Assembly (NCBI GenBank): GCA_035560235.1 | Contig: DATMAG010000049.1 | Coordinates: 24,300-88,299 of the forward strand | Direction: 5' to 3' | DNA length: 64,000 bases | From: Blastocatellia bacterium | Lineage (GTDB): Bacteria; Acidobacteriota; Blastocatellia; RBC074 | Part shown: in pieces, positions 19,290 through 29,444 of the stretch | How the letters are laid out: each line of letters opens with the position of its first letter | How positions within the stretch are numbered: the stretch's first letter is position 1 | The notes under the pieces: generated by a model | The model's input: the letters and a program-made list of their open reading frames with translations, nothing else | Told to the model about the DNA's origin: nothing | The model's database searches: none | Made by a program: the position numbers and the translations under genes

Positions 19290-19844
19290 TCCTCGTTCCA
19301 TGCTGAAAAAGGTCAGCGTCGTATCGCCCTGCACGATCTCGCGCCAGGGGCGCAGATGATCGTAATTCGGCGCGAGCGGGCTTTTGGTGCGGTGTTCGAC
19401 GATCACCATTCCGGCTTCGGCAATGAGCTTCGATCTGGCCAGCGTCCAGAGCACCTGCCCGTAGAGTTCTGAATCATAGGGCGGATCGAAGTAAAAAATA
19501 TCGAACTGGATCAGGTGCGAGGCGAAGTATTTGAGCGTGGACAGAACATCGCGATTGATGACCTTGAAATGCTCCTCGATTTTGCAGTGCCTCAGATTGT
19601 CATTGATGACTGCTGCCGCGCGCTGCGAGGATTCGACAAAGGTGACGTGCGCCGCGCCGCGCGAGAGTGCCTCGATGCCGACAGCGCCTGACCCGGCGCA
19701 CAGATCAACGAACTTCGAGCCTTCAATCGTGCCGCGCAGCACATTGAAAAGAGTCTCGCGCAACCGGTCGGAAGTCGGGCGCACGCTCAACCCTTCGACG
19801 GTCTTCAGTCTTCTCCCCTTGTACAATCCGCTGATAACTCGCAT
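19281..19844 (-). CDS. rsmD: 16S rRNA (guanine966-N2)-methyltransferase
   Basis: [13 protein letters not shown]...[14 protein letters not shown]...[27 protein letters not shown]...[10 protein letters not shown]. This is the RsmD family, and the gene is in the typical rsmD-coaD pairing. Confidence 0.8.
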   Translation of the reverse strand: MRVISGLYKGRRLKTVEGLSVRPTSDRLRETLFNVLRGTIEGSKFVDLCAGSGAVGIEALSRGAAHVTFVESSQRAAAVINDNLRHCKIEEHFKVINRDVLSTLKYFASHLIQFDIFYFDPPYDSELYGQVLWTLARSKLIAEAGMVIVEHRTKSPLAPNYDHLRPWREIVQGDTTLTFFSMERGIA

Positions 19845-19850
19845 AGGAAC

Positions 19851-19940
19851 AGTGGTCAGTGGTCAGTGGTCAGTGACTGGTGGCTGACGGTCAGCAGAAG
19901 GACCAGTGTCCTCCGATCACCAGCCACTGACCACTGACTG
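19851..19940. repeat. GGTCAGTG-repeat hairpin (family C) at the convergent rsmD/galE junction
   Basis: cagtggtcagtggtcagtggtcagtgactggtg ... caccagccactgaccactgactg form a long imperfect inverted repeat. A related element lies at 39525-39612. Confidence 0.5.
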
Positions 19941-20924
19941 CTACTCTTCATATCCATTCGGGTGCGCCAGATGCCAGCGCCAGGCAGATTCGATGATGTG
20001 ATCGAGTTCGCTGTGACGGGGTTGCCAGCCGAGATCGAGCATCGCCCGGTCAGCGCTGGCAATCAGAATCGGCGGGTCGCCGGGACGGCGCGGCGCGCGT
20101 TCAGTCGGAATCCAACGGCCCGTCACCTGACGCGCCATTTCAACCACTTCGCTGACTGAATAGCCGCTGCCGTAACCCAGATTGTAAATGCAACTGCTTT
20201 TATCGAGCGCGCGCAGCGCCAGCACGTGCGCTTCGGTCAGGTCAGTGACGTGAATGTAATCGCGGATGCAGGTGCCGTCCGGCGTCGGGTAATCCTCGCC
20301 AAAAATCTTCACGCTCTCCGCTTTGCCCATCGCCACACGCAGCACGAGCGGAATCAGATGTGTTTCAGGATCGTGATCCTCGCCGCATCGTTCGGTTGCT
20401 CCGGCAGCATTGAAGTAACGCAGGCTGGCATAACGCAACTGATACGCTTCGTCGTACCAGCGGAGCGCGCGTTCAAAAGCCAGCTTCGATTCGCCGTAAG
20501 GATTGGTCGGCCTCTGCGGCGCGTCTTCGGTAATCGGCATCTGCTCGACCGCGCCATACGTCGCGCAGGTCGAAGAGAAGACGATCTTTTTCACCCTGGC
20601 TTCGACCATCGCGCCAAGCAGCGAAAGACCGCCGACCAGATTGTTGGTGTAATACTTGTGCGGATTCGTGACCGATTCACCGACCAGCGCATTGGCGGCC
20701 ATGTGAATGACGGCTTCGATCTGATGTTCTTCAAATGCGCGAATCAGTTTCGGCTGATCGTGCAGATCGCCTTCGATAAAGACCGCCTCAGGATCAACCG
20801 CCTGGCGATGCCCCTGCGAGAGATTGTCATACACGATGGCGCGATGCCCGTGCGCAATCAGGCGCTCGACCATCACGCTGCCAATGTATCCGGCTCCTCC
20901 GGTAACCAGAACGTTCATGCTCAA
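19941..20924 (-). CDS. galE: UDP-glucose 4-epimerase
   Basis: [14 protein letters not shown]... plus the YxxxK region ...RYFNAAGA... The protein is 327 aa with an SDR-extended fold. Confidence 0.85.
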   Translation of the reverse strand: MSMNVLVTGGAGYIGSVMVERLIAHGHRAIVYDNLSQGHRQAVDPEAVFIEGDLHDQPKLIRAFEEHQIEAVIHMAANALVGESVTNPHKYYTNNLVGGLSLLGAMVEARVKKIVFSSTCATYGAVEQMPITEDAPQRPTNPYGESKLAFERALRWYDEAYQLRYASLRYFNAAGATERCGEDHDPETHLIPLVLRVAMGKAESVKIFGEDYPTPDGTCIRDYIHVTDLTEAHVLALRALDKSSCIYNLGYGSGYSVSEVVEMARQVTGRWIPTERAPRRPGDPPILIASADRAMLDLGWQPRHSELDHIIESAWRWHLAHPNGYEE

Positions 20925-21097
20925 GACTCCTCTGAATCAGGCTGCTGCCGGGATCTGTTACTGCCTGAGGCCCGGCCAGTGCGGTGCGGTAGTATCGCAG
21001 AATTCAATCAGCAGCGAAACCGTTCGGAGCTGACGAGCGGAAAAGGCCGGAGTGAGTGAAGATGAAGGCAGAGGGAAGGAAGATGCAGTGCGGGCAG

Positions 21098-21125
21098 AGG
21101 CAATGAAAAAGGGGATGGCGGCCCA
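21098..21125 (-). terminator. rho-independent terminator of the histone H1-like gene
   Basis: The minus strand reads GGGGATGG-GCCGCC-ATCCCC followed by TTTTTC, a GC stem plus U-tract, about 35 nt downstream of the stop. Confidence 0.65.
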
Positions 21126-21159
21126 TCCCCTCAGCGATCATGAATGATCAGATCGAAGT

Positions 21160-21288
21160 TATTTCTTCTTTGCGGTCGTCTTCTTCGCCGTCGTCTTTGC
21201 TTTGGCCGGAGCCTTCTTGGTTGCGGTGGACTTGCTTGCAGTCTTCGTCGCAGCCTTCTTCGTCGTGGTCTTCTTTGCCGTTGGCATA
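21160..21288 (-). CDS. small lysine/alanine/threonine-rich histone H1-like DNA-binding protein (42 aa)
   Basis: My own translation is MPTAKKTTTKKAATKTASKSTATKKAPAKAKTTAKKTTAKKK. An AAGGAG Shine-Dalgarno sequence lies 8 nt upstream of the ATG, an AT-rich promoter region lies upstream, and a clean terminator lies downstream. It is absent from the ORF track because it is under 60 aa. The Arg-rich track ORFs at 21131..21313 and 21144..21332 are off-frame shadows of this gene. Confidence 0.55.
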
Positions 21289-21596
21289 ACTGTCGTCTCC
21301 TTTTAAAAAACACCCCGACTACAAGATATTGACCTCAGATTGTCCTTGTAGCCAGGGAGCAGTTACATACATTGGGTGGTTATATAGTTCTTCCTGACAC
21401 TGTGTGTCAACATTTTTTTCTGATCACGCTGAAGCGAGGCAGTGAACAGAATAACTTCATGCGAACACCTCTCTGAAGCAATGAATGGCAAGTGGCAGCG
21501 AAGGGGCTGAAAACTTTTGTGGCGGGGCGAGAATGACAGAGGCGAGCCTTGTCACAGGCTCGCCTCTGTCGTGTGGTTTATTTCAATCAGACCGAA

Positions 21597-22436
21597 TTAC
21601 TGTTTGGGTTTGTCAGGCCTGCATCTCGGATCAGTCGGCGGACACTGACCATCATACAGCACGCCGGTGCAGACAGTCCGGCCTTCAATCTCAAACGGGA
21701 TGCCGCCTTTGGGACAGCGCGGATCTGTCGGGGTCTTTGCAGTTGAAGGCAGGCCGACCCCAAACAGGGGCAGGCCGGGAATGATCATCTGATTCGGAGT
21801 CGGAATCCCGGCAATGATGACGCTCTTGTCGTAGGTTTCAATGCCGTAATAGAAGCGGATCAGATGATCCTTGCTGCGGCTGACAACGCCGACGAACGGG
21901 CCGAATTCGCTGCTGCCGAGCGCCGGCTCCGAATCCTTCTTTGCATCTTTGCTGCTGCTGTCAAGCGAAAGATCGGTGGCTGGCATTGCCAGTGCCTGAC
22001 CGAGAATGCCTGGCGGCGGCTGCTTCATCGTGTTGACCCAGGCGAGCGCCAGTTCCTTCAGCACCGGATCGCCCATTCGCACCAGTCGCCAGTCGCCCTT
22101 GAGGGTCATCGGATCCTTCAGCGCCGACGGGCGCAGGTAACGCTTCGAGGCGGCAACCGGATCGAGTTCGGTCAGTTGTTCCAGGCTCGTCGGATACTGA
22201 TTGTTGTGTTCTCTGGCAAAGCGCGCAATCGCGTTGGCGATCTGTTCGCCGCGATAGAACATCTCTTCCTCGCGCTCGCGCTGCATGTCGTGCCTGAGCG
22301 ACGGGAGCGCCGCAGCAATGAAGATCAGCGAGATCGTCATCCCGGCAAGCAGCGCGACCATCGCGTAACCTGCTTCGTGACGACGTGAGGAACGCGGCGA
22401 GTGAAGTGAAGTCGCTCTGCGGATCGTGTTGCTCAT
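21597..22436 (-). CDS. pseudopilin-like protein (GspG/PulG-like fold) with atypical N-terminal segment
   Basis: The N-terminus ...HEAGYAMVALLAGMTISLIFIAAALPSL is a hydrophobic helix. It is followed by ...EEEMFYRGEQIANAIARFAREHNNQYPTSLEQLTE..., which resembles the GspG/PulG helix-loop region (compare E. coli GspG ...YRLDNGRYPTTEQGLQALV). It lacks the canonical G-F-T-L-I-E prepilin motif, having Ala at position +5. Confidence 0.45.
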   Translation of the reverse strand: MSNTIRRATSLHSPRSSRRHEAGYAMVALLAGMTISLIFIAAALPSLRHDMQREREEEMFYRGEQIANAIARFAREHNNQYPTSLEQLTELDPVAASKRYLRPSALKDPMTLKGDWRLVRMGDPVLKELALAWVNTMKQPPPGILGQALAMPATDLSLDSSSKDAKKDSEPALGSSEFGPFVGVVSRSKDHLIRFYYGIETYDKSVIIAGIPTPNQMIIPGLPLFGVGLPSTAKTPTDPRCPKGGIPFEIEGRTVCTGVLYDGQCPPTDPRCRPDKPKQ

Positions 22437-22475
22437 CGTGACTGCCTTTCTGCGCTTCAGCGCAATCAGAACCCA

Positions 22476-23312
22476 TCAACTGCCTTCGCCGCTGAACGGC
22501 ACGCGATGGCGGATTTTGATGTTGGTGTCTTCGATTTCAATCTCCTGCGGAGTAATGCTGATTAGCTTCCAGTGACCAGGCTGATTGTTTCGTCTGTCCA
22601 GAATGGCATCCTTGCGCACGTAAATCAGATCTTCTTCGAGATCGAACTTGACCACAGCGGTCGTCACTCCGTCCTTGACGATCATGCCGAGATACTTGTA
22701 AGGCGGCGCGGGTGGCGGGGTGACGTTGAGGTTGAAGACGTTCGAAAAGAGCTTCGGGTCGTTTGCGCCGCGCACTTCAACCGGCAGCGAACCCGGATTG
22801 GCAATGCTCGCGGCAGGCACAGTTACCTTGAGCTGCGAATCGCTGACGAAGGTTGTCTTGAGCTGCCGCCCGGCAATGAAGACGACCGCATCAGACGGGA
22901 ACTTCGCGCCGAAGAGCGTCATCGTGAAATCGCCGGTGCGACCGATGACTCCGGCAGGATTCAGCCCTGAGAGCGTGATCGGCGGCGGGATCGGCGGCGG
23001 TGTTGGCGGCGGCGGTGTTGGTGTCGGCGGCGGCGGATAGACGAAGATGTTGCGCCCTGCGCCCGGCTCCTGCGCGCGGCTGGTCATCGCCGCAAGCTCG
23101 AGCGGCTTGTCAATCACCGGCAGTTCGTTCTTGTTCGGCGTCGGGGTCGGCGCCGGATTCTTTGACTTGCCCGCCGTCTGCCCGCTCTGCGATTTGTTCG
23201 GAGTTGAAGGCGTATCTTCCTCAGAGAAGAAGTTGTAATAAAGCACTCCGCCGAGCGCGGCGAGCAGCGCAACCATCAGGATCAGTTTCTTGTTGTCCTG
23301 CGTTAAGTTCAT
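22476..23312 (-). CDS. membrane-anchored proline-rich protein with an IPT/TIG-like domain (possible PilP/GspC-like component)
   Basis: MNLTQDNKKLILMVALLAALGGVLYY is an N-terminal anchor. It is followed by a PPPPTPTPPPPTPPPIPPP linker and a beta-rich domain (ITLSGLNPAGVIGRTGDFTMTLFGAKFPSDAVVFIAGRQLKTTFVSDSQLKVTVPAASIANPGSLPVEVR). The position after the PilO-like gene suggests a PilP-like role. Confidence 0.4.
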   Translation of the reverse strand: MNLTQDNKKLILMVALLAALGGVLYYNFFSEEDTPSTPNKSQSGQTAGKSKNPAPTPTPNKNELPVIDKPLELAAMTSRAQEPGAGRNIFVYPPPPTPTPPPPTPPPIPPPITLSGLNPAGVIGRTGDFTMTLFGAKFPSDAVVFIAGRQLKTTFVSDSQLKVTVPAASIANPGSLPVEVRGANDPKLFSNVFNLNVTPPPAPPYKYLGMIVKDGVTTAVVKFDLEEDLIYVRKDAILDRRNNQPGHWKLISITPQEIEIEDTNIKIRHRVPFSGEGS

Positions 23313-23360
23313 GACTACCTGCTTTCGTCAGTTCCAGCGCCTGCGCGAGCCCGCAGATGC

Positions 23361-24197
23361 TTACTTCTTTCCCATGGCCTGAGTCGGACCTGTTCCGGCC
23401 ACGGGCGAGGGCACAGCAGTGGCCGGATAGATAAACGCCCGCAGGCCTTCAGGCTTTCGGAAATATGCATCGAGTTCAATCTTGAGCGCGATGTTCTGCG
23501 TCCCCGGATCAGGGATGTTGCCGATGGCGCTCGGCACGATGCGCCCCTTGATCTGCCGCGTCTTCTCATCCACGCCCTGAAACGCGACCGCGCTGATGAT
23601 CAGGAACTGTTTGCTGCGTTCGAGGTCGTAGATGAATTTGCGCAGATTGCGATAATCGCCTTCGACCGCCGTATCAATGCCGAGCGAGGGATAAACGCTC
23701 AGGTCGCGGCTCAGTTTCAGCGGCGCAGGCGCAGAGCTGCTGCCGGGTTCGGCATCGGGCGACAGAGTGGGCGTGGCCTCAGCCAGTTCCGAACCCTTCG
23801 GCTGATAGGTAAAACCCGGCGTCATCAGGCTGTGCGCTCTGGCCAGCTGATTGATCTCCGTGATCATCTGCGTGTGACCCGTCACGCGATCCTTCAGCAT
23901 TTCTTCAAAATCGGTCAGGCTCTCCAGAATATTCTCCTTGTGTTCGCGCTGTCGCCTGAGCGCATCGGCCTGCCGGGCCTGTTCGGCGATCTTCGTTTCA
24001 GCCGTTTTCAGCCGGGCCTTCAGATCGGCGATCTCGGAATATCTGGGCTGAATCTTCGTCAGATAAAAGAACGCGACGAACGAAGCAAAAAGGATGGCGG
24101 CGACGAGAAAGACGCTTTCAACCAGTGTCAGACGCAGGCCGCTGAAAAAGCCGCGCACGCTGTCGAGCAGATCAGAGGTATTGAATCGAGCAGCCAT
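23361..24197 (-). CDS. PilO/GspM-like inner-membrane pilus or secretion assembly protein
   Basis: A short cytoplasmic N-terminus is followed by a single TM helix (LVESVFLVAAILFASFVAFFYL) and a periplasmic coiled-coil (IADLKARLKTAETKIAEQARQADALRRQ). Its start overlaps the stop of the upstream PilN-like gene. Confidence 0.5.
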   Translation of the reverse strand: MAARFNTSDLLDSVRGFFSGLRLTLVESVFLVAAILFASFVAFFYLTKIQPRYSEIADLKARLKTAETKIAEQARQADALRRQREHKENILESLTDFEEMLKDRVTGHTQMITEINQLARAHSLMTPGFTYQPKGSELAEATPTLSPDAEPGSSSAPAPLKLSRDLSVYPSLGIDTAVEGDYRNLRKFIYDLERSKQFLIISAVAFQGVDEKTRQIKGRIVPSAIGNIPDPGTQNIALKIELDAYFRKPEGLRAFIYPATAVPSPVAGTGPTQAMGKK

Positions 24198-24853
24198 TAC
24201 TTCTGTCCTCCCTTCGCCACCTGATTGCCAGGCACCGCCTGACTGACGCGGCGCGGAACCGGCGGGTAGTAAGTGACCGCCAGTTCAAACTCGACCTCTT
24301 CAGTTCCCTCAAGGATGTTCTCCTTGCGCGCAACCACATAAAACTGGCCGGACTGATTGAAGGTGTCCATCATCTTCACGACCTCGGTGTAATTCCTCCC
24401 GGTAACTTCAAAGGTCAGTGAGACGGCCTTCGGCGCATCATCGTTGCTGACGGTGACGGCGCTGCCGCTGCCGACATTCTGCTTCTCCTCGATCTTGCTG
24501 AGCGCGATCTTGCGCACGCGCACGGTGGGTGGAATCAGCCGTTCGATTTCATTGAACAGTTGTGACCACGAGAACGCCTTGCGCTGAATCAGATCCCTGG
24601 CGGCGAGCATTGAGAGCGTCTGTTCCGGCGTCAGCACCGGCACGACGCCGCCGTTCGTTTCCAGCTTTTTTACTTCTTCCTGCTTCTTCCTGACTTCGGG
24701 TTCAAGGCGGGCAATTTCGCGGTCGAGGTCGTTGATCGTTTCAAGCGTTCTGAAGCCGACCAGCGACGAGACTGCGAAGATGAGCAGAATCGCCAGCCAG
24801 AAGAGCCGTCGGTTCCGAAACGGTCTGCTGGAAAGATTAACTAAAGGTTTCAT
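24197..24853 (-). CDS. PilN/GspL-like inner-membrane pilus or secretion assembly protein
   Basis: The N-terminus MKPLVNLSSRPFRNRRLFWLAILLIFAVSSL has a PilN-type NL..P.R motif and a TM helix. A coiled-coil region follows (DLDREIARLEPEVRKKQEEVKKLE). Confidence 0.5.
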   Translation of the reverse strand: MKPLVNLSSRPFRNRRLFWLAILLIFAVSSLVGFRTLETINDLDREIARLEPEVRKKQEEVKKLETNGGVVPVLTPEQTLSMLAARDLIQRKAFSWSQLFNEIERLIPPTVRVRKIALSKIEEKQNVGSGSAVTVSNDDAPKAVSLTFEVTGRNYTEVVKMMDTFNQSGQFYVVARKENILEGTEEVEFELAVTYYPPVPRRVSQAVPGNQVAKGGQK

Positions 24854-25145
24854 GATTGCTTGTCTGTGGTCTCTGTTTATTTGTTCAGCGGGGCGGCGGG
24901 TTTCAGACTATAACACAAAGACCAGTCAGGCCAATAGCTGATTATGGCTGCCTCCAACACCAGCAAAGATCAGTCGGGACAACCAATTGGCACGGGAGAA
25001 GGGCTGCAGACGAGAGATAAAAAGGAGGTGATTCAGCCCCGCCCCCGCGCGACTGATCACCTCACACAAACTACACACAGCCGTTCTCACGCCGTATCTG
25101 AAAAAAGGTTCCCGAAGTTTTTCATTTTGTTCCATCGCCGGACGA

Positions 25146-27005
25146 TTGCGATCAGCGCTGGTGACAGGGCATACTGCGGACCAGACCTTCACGAAAACCA
25201 GATGCGCGCCTGGCGACAGCCGGACAGGAGATCGCTTGCGAAACTCAGTGACCACAAAATACCTCAGCATCACGCGCGGACTTTCGGGCGCGCGCTGGCA
25301 GCTTGCGGTCTGCGATGAGCTGCTGCTGCAGCGGCTGCGTCGGGAAACCAGAGAGCATCCGCTGCTGCTGCGCTGCCTGATCAATCGCGGAATCACGGAA
25401 CCGGCTGAAATCGCGCACTTCCTCTCGCCCGATTTCAGCACGCATCTGCACGATCCGGCGCTGCTGCGCGATATGCCTGTTGCGGTCGAACGGCTGCACC
25501 GCGCCGTACGCGAAGGCGAGCGCGTGCTGGTCGTCACGGATTTCGACGTTGACGGGACGACTTCGAGCGTGATTCTCTCAAACGTGCTGCGCCTGATCGG
25601 GGGCGACAATCTGATTACCTGCTACGTGCCGGATCGCTTCACCGAAGGTTACGGCCTCTCAAAGCAGATCATCGAAAAGGCCGCCGCCGAGAACTTCCGC
25701 GTGATCTTAACTGCCGACATCGGCATCAAGTCGCACGCCGAGGCGCGGCTGGCGCGACAGCTCGGGATTGATCTGATTATCTGCGACCATCACCTGCCTG
25801 ATGGCGAGGATGTTCCGGCCGACGCTTACGCGGTGCTCTGTCCCAAAGGCTCGTCGGGCACTGATTATCCGAACAAACATCTGGCAGCCTGCGGCGTATC
25901 GTTGAAACTGGCTGATGCGCTGCTCGATGGTCACGCGAAACGGACGGCAATTCTGGCTTCGCTGGCGAAGCTGACGGCCATCGGGACAATTGCCGATCTG
26001 GTTGATCTGTCAGCGAGCGAGAACCGCGCAATCGTCAGGCACGGGCTGCGCGCGCTCAACGAACGCAGCAGCAATCCCGGTCTGCGCGCGCTGCTCGAGG
26101 TAGCCGGAATCGGGCGCCCGCTGACCGCTTACGACATCAGTTTCAAGATCGGCCCGCGCATCAACGCCGCCGGGCGCATCGCGCACGCCAGCACAGTCCT
26201 CGACCTCTTTTCGGCCCGCACCGACGCCGAAGCCCTGGCCCTCGCGCGACAGCTTGATGAACTCAATGCCGAGCGGCAGCAGATTCAGCACGCGCTGATG
26301 GAGAAACTTTTCGCGACAGTCAGACAGCAGACTCCGCTTGACCGGGTGCTGGTCTTTGCCGGATCGGAGCAGGAAGGCTTTCATCGCGGCGTGGTCGGCA
26401 TCGCCTGTTCCAGGCTGGTCGAAAACACTGGCCGCCCGACGCTCGTCTGCTCGATTGACGAGAAAGGCATTGCGCACGGCAGCGCGCGTTCGGTTCACGG
26501 CTTTCATCTCGTCGAAGCGTTGCAGAGCGTCTCCACGCTGCTGATCAAATTCGGCGGCCATCCGATGGCCGCAGGCTTCACGATTGCGGCTGACAGGATC
26601 GAAGAGTTCCGCTCCCGGCTGAATCAGTACGCTGAGGAGTTCCTGACCGAAGACAATCTTGCCCGCGCGTATGAGGCTGATGCTGAGATCCACTTTAACG
26701 AAATATCGGCTGAGACGATTCGCACCCTGGCCCGCCTGGAACCACACGGAATGGGCAATCCTGCGCCGCTCTTTCTGCTGCGCGATGTCGGGCTTCAGAA
26801 AACGGAGCGGCTGAAGGAAAAGCACCTCAAGCTTTTCGTCGGCGATAATGCGCGCCGGATTGAAGCCGTCTGGTGGAATGCCGCGCAGCATTGCCAGGCA
26901 CTGAACGGCGCGCCGCGAATCAGCCTGCTCGGCAGTCCCGAGATCAATTTCTGGAACGGTCGCGGAAAGCTGCAGTTCAAGGTCAAAGACGTGGCGGTGG
27001 GCTGA
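25146..27005 (+). CDS. recJ: single-stranded-DNA-specific exonuclease RecJ (DHH/DHHA1)
   Basis: ...[18 protein letters not shown]...[13 protein letters not shown]...[32 protein letters not shown]... plus the DHHA1 segment ...[11 protein letters not shown]... The annotated start is the TTG at 25146. The true start may be downstream, for example the GTG at 25248. Confidence 0.85.
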   Translation: MRSALVTGHTADQTFTKTRCAPGDSRTGDRLRNSVTTKYLSITRGLSGARWQLAVCDELLLQRLRRETREHPLLLRCLINRGITEPAEIAHFLSPDFSTHLHDPALLRDMPVAVERLHRAVREGERVLVVTDFDVDGTTSSVILSNVLRLIGGDNLITCYVPDRFTEGYGLSKQIIEKAAAENFRVILTADIGIKSHAEARLARQLGIDLIICDHHLPDGEDVPADAYAVLCPKGSSGTDYPNKHLAACGVSLKLADALLDGHAKRTAILASLAKLTAIGTIADLVDLSASENRAIVRHGLRALNERSSNPGLRALLEVAGIGRPLTAYDISFKIGPRINAAGRIAHASTVLDLFSARTDAEALALARQLDELNAERQQIQHALMEKLFATVRQQTPLDRVLVFAGSEQEGFHRGVVGIACSRLVENTGRPTLVCSIDEKGIAHGSARSVHGFHLVEALQSVSTLLIKFGGHPMAAGFTIAADRIEEFRSRLNQYAEEFLTEDNLARAYEADAEIHFNEISAETIRTLARLEPHGMGNPAPLFLLRDVGLQKTERLKEKHLKLFVGDNARRIEAVWWNAAQHCQALNGAPRISLLGSPEINFWNGRGKLQFKVKDVAVG

Positions 27006-27042
27006 GCGTAGTCTGCCGTCACTTGCTCTTATCAGTCAGGCG

Positions 27043-27090
27043 TGAAAACAAAAGAGGCAGGTGATCCGCGGATCACCTGCCTCTGGTTTT
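27043..27090. terminator. bidirectional rho-independent terminator between the convergent recJ and OmpA-like genes
   Basis: The run AAAACAAA precedes the hairpin agaggcaggtgatc-cgcg-gatcacctgcctct, which is followed by GGTTTTA. That is an A-tract, a 14-bp stem and a U-tract. Confidence 0.65.
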
Positions 27091-27110
27091 ATCACAGGCT
27101 GCTTCAGATG

Positions 27111-29444
27111 TTATTCGTCATCGTCGCTGCCTGCGGCGCGTTTGCCACGGCGTGTGCGCCTGCGAACCGGAGCCTTCTTCTCAGGTTCGACCGGGCCAAC
27201 CGTCGCGGGTTCTCCGCCAGCCGGAGCCGGAGCGCCAGCCTGGCAGATCGCCAGCTTGATGTGGCTCGTCTCGGTTGTGACGCCACCGGCACGCACGACG
27301 ATCCGGTTCGGATCAATCTGAATGCCGACGGAGCCGTCAGCCAGACGGTCGCGCACGTTCCTGGCCCGTTGCAGATCGAGACCATCTTTCTCCTTCTCTG
27401 AACGATAGCCATCAACGTAGAGCGTCGCCTGCGGATCGGCCTGCATCTGACGCGCCACATCCTGCAGAATCGACTTGCAGGCGTTGTCCACGCGCGCGCT
27501 GTTCTTCTTGAACATCGGACACGGCGTCAGACTTGAGCAGGTCGGCGGCGGCGGCGGCGCCTGATTGGTCGTCACCGTAGCCGAGCCGGTCGCGCTGCAT
27601 TCGCCAGCGGCGTCGCGGGCCGTGACCGTGACCGTGATGGTAGTGTTGTAACCCACACCGGTCGTATCAAGCCGCGCATTCGTGCCGCTGCCCGTGATCT
27701 GACCAGCCGAAGCCGTCCACGAGTAGGTCACGTTGCCGTAATTCTCGCCACCCGTTACACCCGGCGTTGAGAAGTTGACCGCCTGGCCGGGATCAACGCG
27801 GCTCGTGGCCGGAGTCACATCGAGACTGCTGTTGAAGCAGACCTTGAGCGGCGGGCAGTCTTCGACCGTGATCGTCTTTGTGTCGAAGGCCACGCAGCCG
27901 CAGCCGTCATCAACCTGCGCCGTCACCGTGTAGGTGCCGGGCGCGAGTCCGGTCGTATCGAAGGTCACATTCGCGCCTTCGCCGACAATCCTGCCGCCGG
28001 TCGTTGACCAGGTGTAGAGCAGCGTGTCGCCATCCGGATCGGAAGCATTGGCCCGCAGTGCCACCTTGTCACCCACGCAGACAGTGCTCGCCGAAGCCCG
28101 CCTGACCTTGTCTGAGCCGGGCGTCACAGCGCCGACTTCAAGCGTGATGGTCGGCGGATTGTTCGGCACAATCGGTTCCTCGCGCTTGTTGACGTGACCG
28201 ACTGAGATTCCGAAGATGAAGCCATCCGGACTGTGGACCTTGTCGAAGTTCTTCATCCAGTTGAGGTGACGCTGATAAGCGGCATTGATCGAGAACCAGC
28301 GCGTCGGAAAGATCTTTGCGCCAGCAACGAGGTCAACCGGATTGTTTCTGAGCAGCGTCGGCGTGCGTGAACCGACGTAGTAGGTTCCGCTGAGTTCAGC
28401 GATGAACTGCAGATACTGGCTGAGCGGGAAATCAAACCCGATGCCGCTGCGCACTTCATTTGGCAGATCGAGCGCGCGCTCGCTGCGGCCAAAGCCCTGA
28501 ATGACGCCGGTGCCGCCGGCGAGCGGGCCAAGCCGCATATCCTCTGCGCGGGGATCACCCTTCTTGATGAACCCGATGTTCCCGCTCAGATTGATGTGCT
28601 TGTGCAGTCGGCCATCAATGGCGGCGATCACGCCGTAATCAAAGGCTCCGGTGCCGCGCCCGCGCTCAAGCCCGGTGTTGAGTTCACGGGTGGTCGGGAT
28701 TTTAAGCAGCGGGATCAGCGCAAAGCCGAAAGGATTGTTCGGGCCGGTGAAACGAACCTTGCCGCCCAGCCAGACATCGCCGACGCCGGTTCCGGTGAAG
28801 CGTGAAAGGAACGGCACCTCCGGCGAATAGTTCGGCACCACATTCGGCGGCAGCGCAGGCAGGATGCCGCCCACCGGAGCGCCAAGTCCCGGATAAACTG
28901 CGGTATCGTTGCCGCTCGGTCGGGCCGCGAAAGGCCCGTACTGCGGAAGCCCCGTCACCGTGCAGGGACCGAAGAAACCGCCATTGCCACAGGGATCAGT
29001 CACTGTGTTGACCACCTGCCCCGCGCCGGTGCCGGCGGGAATGATGACCGTGCGGCCACCGGTCAGCGTTTTGGTCCGCACGTCAGGCAGATAAAATCCG
29101 CTGAGCAGCGCGGGCAGGCCGGCGGTAGTGATACGCTGTGCCTCGAAGTTAACGAAGAACTCGAAATGATCGCTGAATCCGACCTGAAAGTTAACGGGGT
29201 AGACCTGTCGTCTCAGGTCACCCGGATCACGATGAAAATGGTTGGCAAAGAAACCGAAATTGAACTCGCCCCTCCTCAGGGTCTGTGCATCGTAGACCGT
29301 GAAGAGACCAGTCCCGCCATTGACGGTGGGGGCCTGGTTACGGGGATCTTCAGTGGAGCGAGGTGTCTGAGCCTGAACCACAGTGCCGCCAAGCAGCAGC
29401 AGCACAACCAGCAGTCCAGCCATTCTTCTCGCGGAACTCATCAT
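27111..29444 (-). CDS. OmpA-family outer-membrane protein with N-terminal beta-barrel-like region, three PKD/Ig-like repeats and a C-terminal OmpA-type peptidoglycan-binding domain
   Basis: The signal peptide is [27 protein letters not shown], with the ATG at 29444 and a GGAGGAG Shine-Dalgarno sequence. The central region holds repeated modules such as ...[50 protein letters not shown]... The C-terminus ...[49 protein letters not shown]... is OmpA-like. Confidence 0.55.
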   Translation of the reverse strand: MMSSARRMAGLLVVLLLLGGTVVQAQTPRSTEDPRNQAPTVNGGTGLFTVYDAQTLRRGEFNFGFFANHFHRDPGDLRRQVYPVNFQVGFSDHFEFFVNFEAQRITTAGLPALLSGFYLPDVRTKTLTGGRTVIIPAGTGAGQVVNTVTDPCGNGGFFGPCTVTGLPQYGPFAARPSGNDTAVYPGLGAPVGGILPALPPNVVPNYSPEVPFLSRFTGTGVGDVWLGGKVRFTGPNNPFGFALIPLLKIPTTRELNTGLERGRGTGAFDYGVIAAIDGRLHKHINLSGNIGFIKKGDPRAEDMRLGPLAGGTGVIQGFGRSERALDLPNEVRSGIGFDFPLSQYLQFIAELSGTYYVGSRTPTLLRNNPVDLVAGAKIFPTRWFSINAAYQRHLNWMKNFDKVHSPDGFIFGISVGHVNKREEPIVPNNPPTITLEVGAVTPGSDKVRRASASTVCVGDKVALRANASDPDGDTLLYTWSTTGGRIVGEGANVTFDTTGLAPGTYTVTAQVDDGCGCVAFDTKTITVEDCPPLKVCFNSSLDVTPATSRVDPGQAVNFSTPGVTGGENYGNVTYSWTASAGQITGSGTNARLDTTGVGYNTTITVTVTARDAAGECSATGSATVTTNQAPPPPPTCSSLTPCPMFKKNSARVDNACKSILQDVARQMQADPQATLYVDGYRSEKEKDGLDLQRARNVRDRLADGSVGIQIDPNRIVVRAGGVTTETSHIKLAICQAGAPAPAGGEPATVGPVEPEKKAPVRRRTRRGKRAAGSDDDE

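Noticed and set aside
21131-21332. Arg-rich 60-62 aa ORFs on both strands (21131..21313 minus, 21144..21332 plus)
   Set aside because: These are off-frame readings of the AAG/GCN-rich histone H1-like gene. The third minus-strand frame gives a clean Lys/Ala-rich protein with a Shine-Dalgarno sequence and a terminator.
24926-25609. 227-aa Ser/Arg-rich ORF on the minus strand upstream of pilN-like
   Set aside because: It is low-complexity, overlaps the recJ 5-prime region on the opposite strand, and has no motif support.
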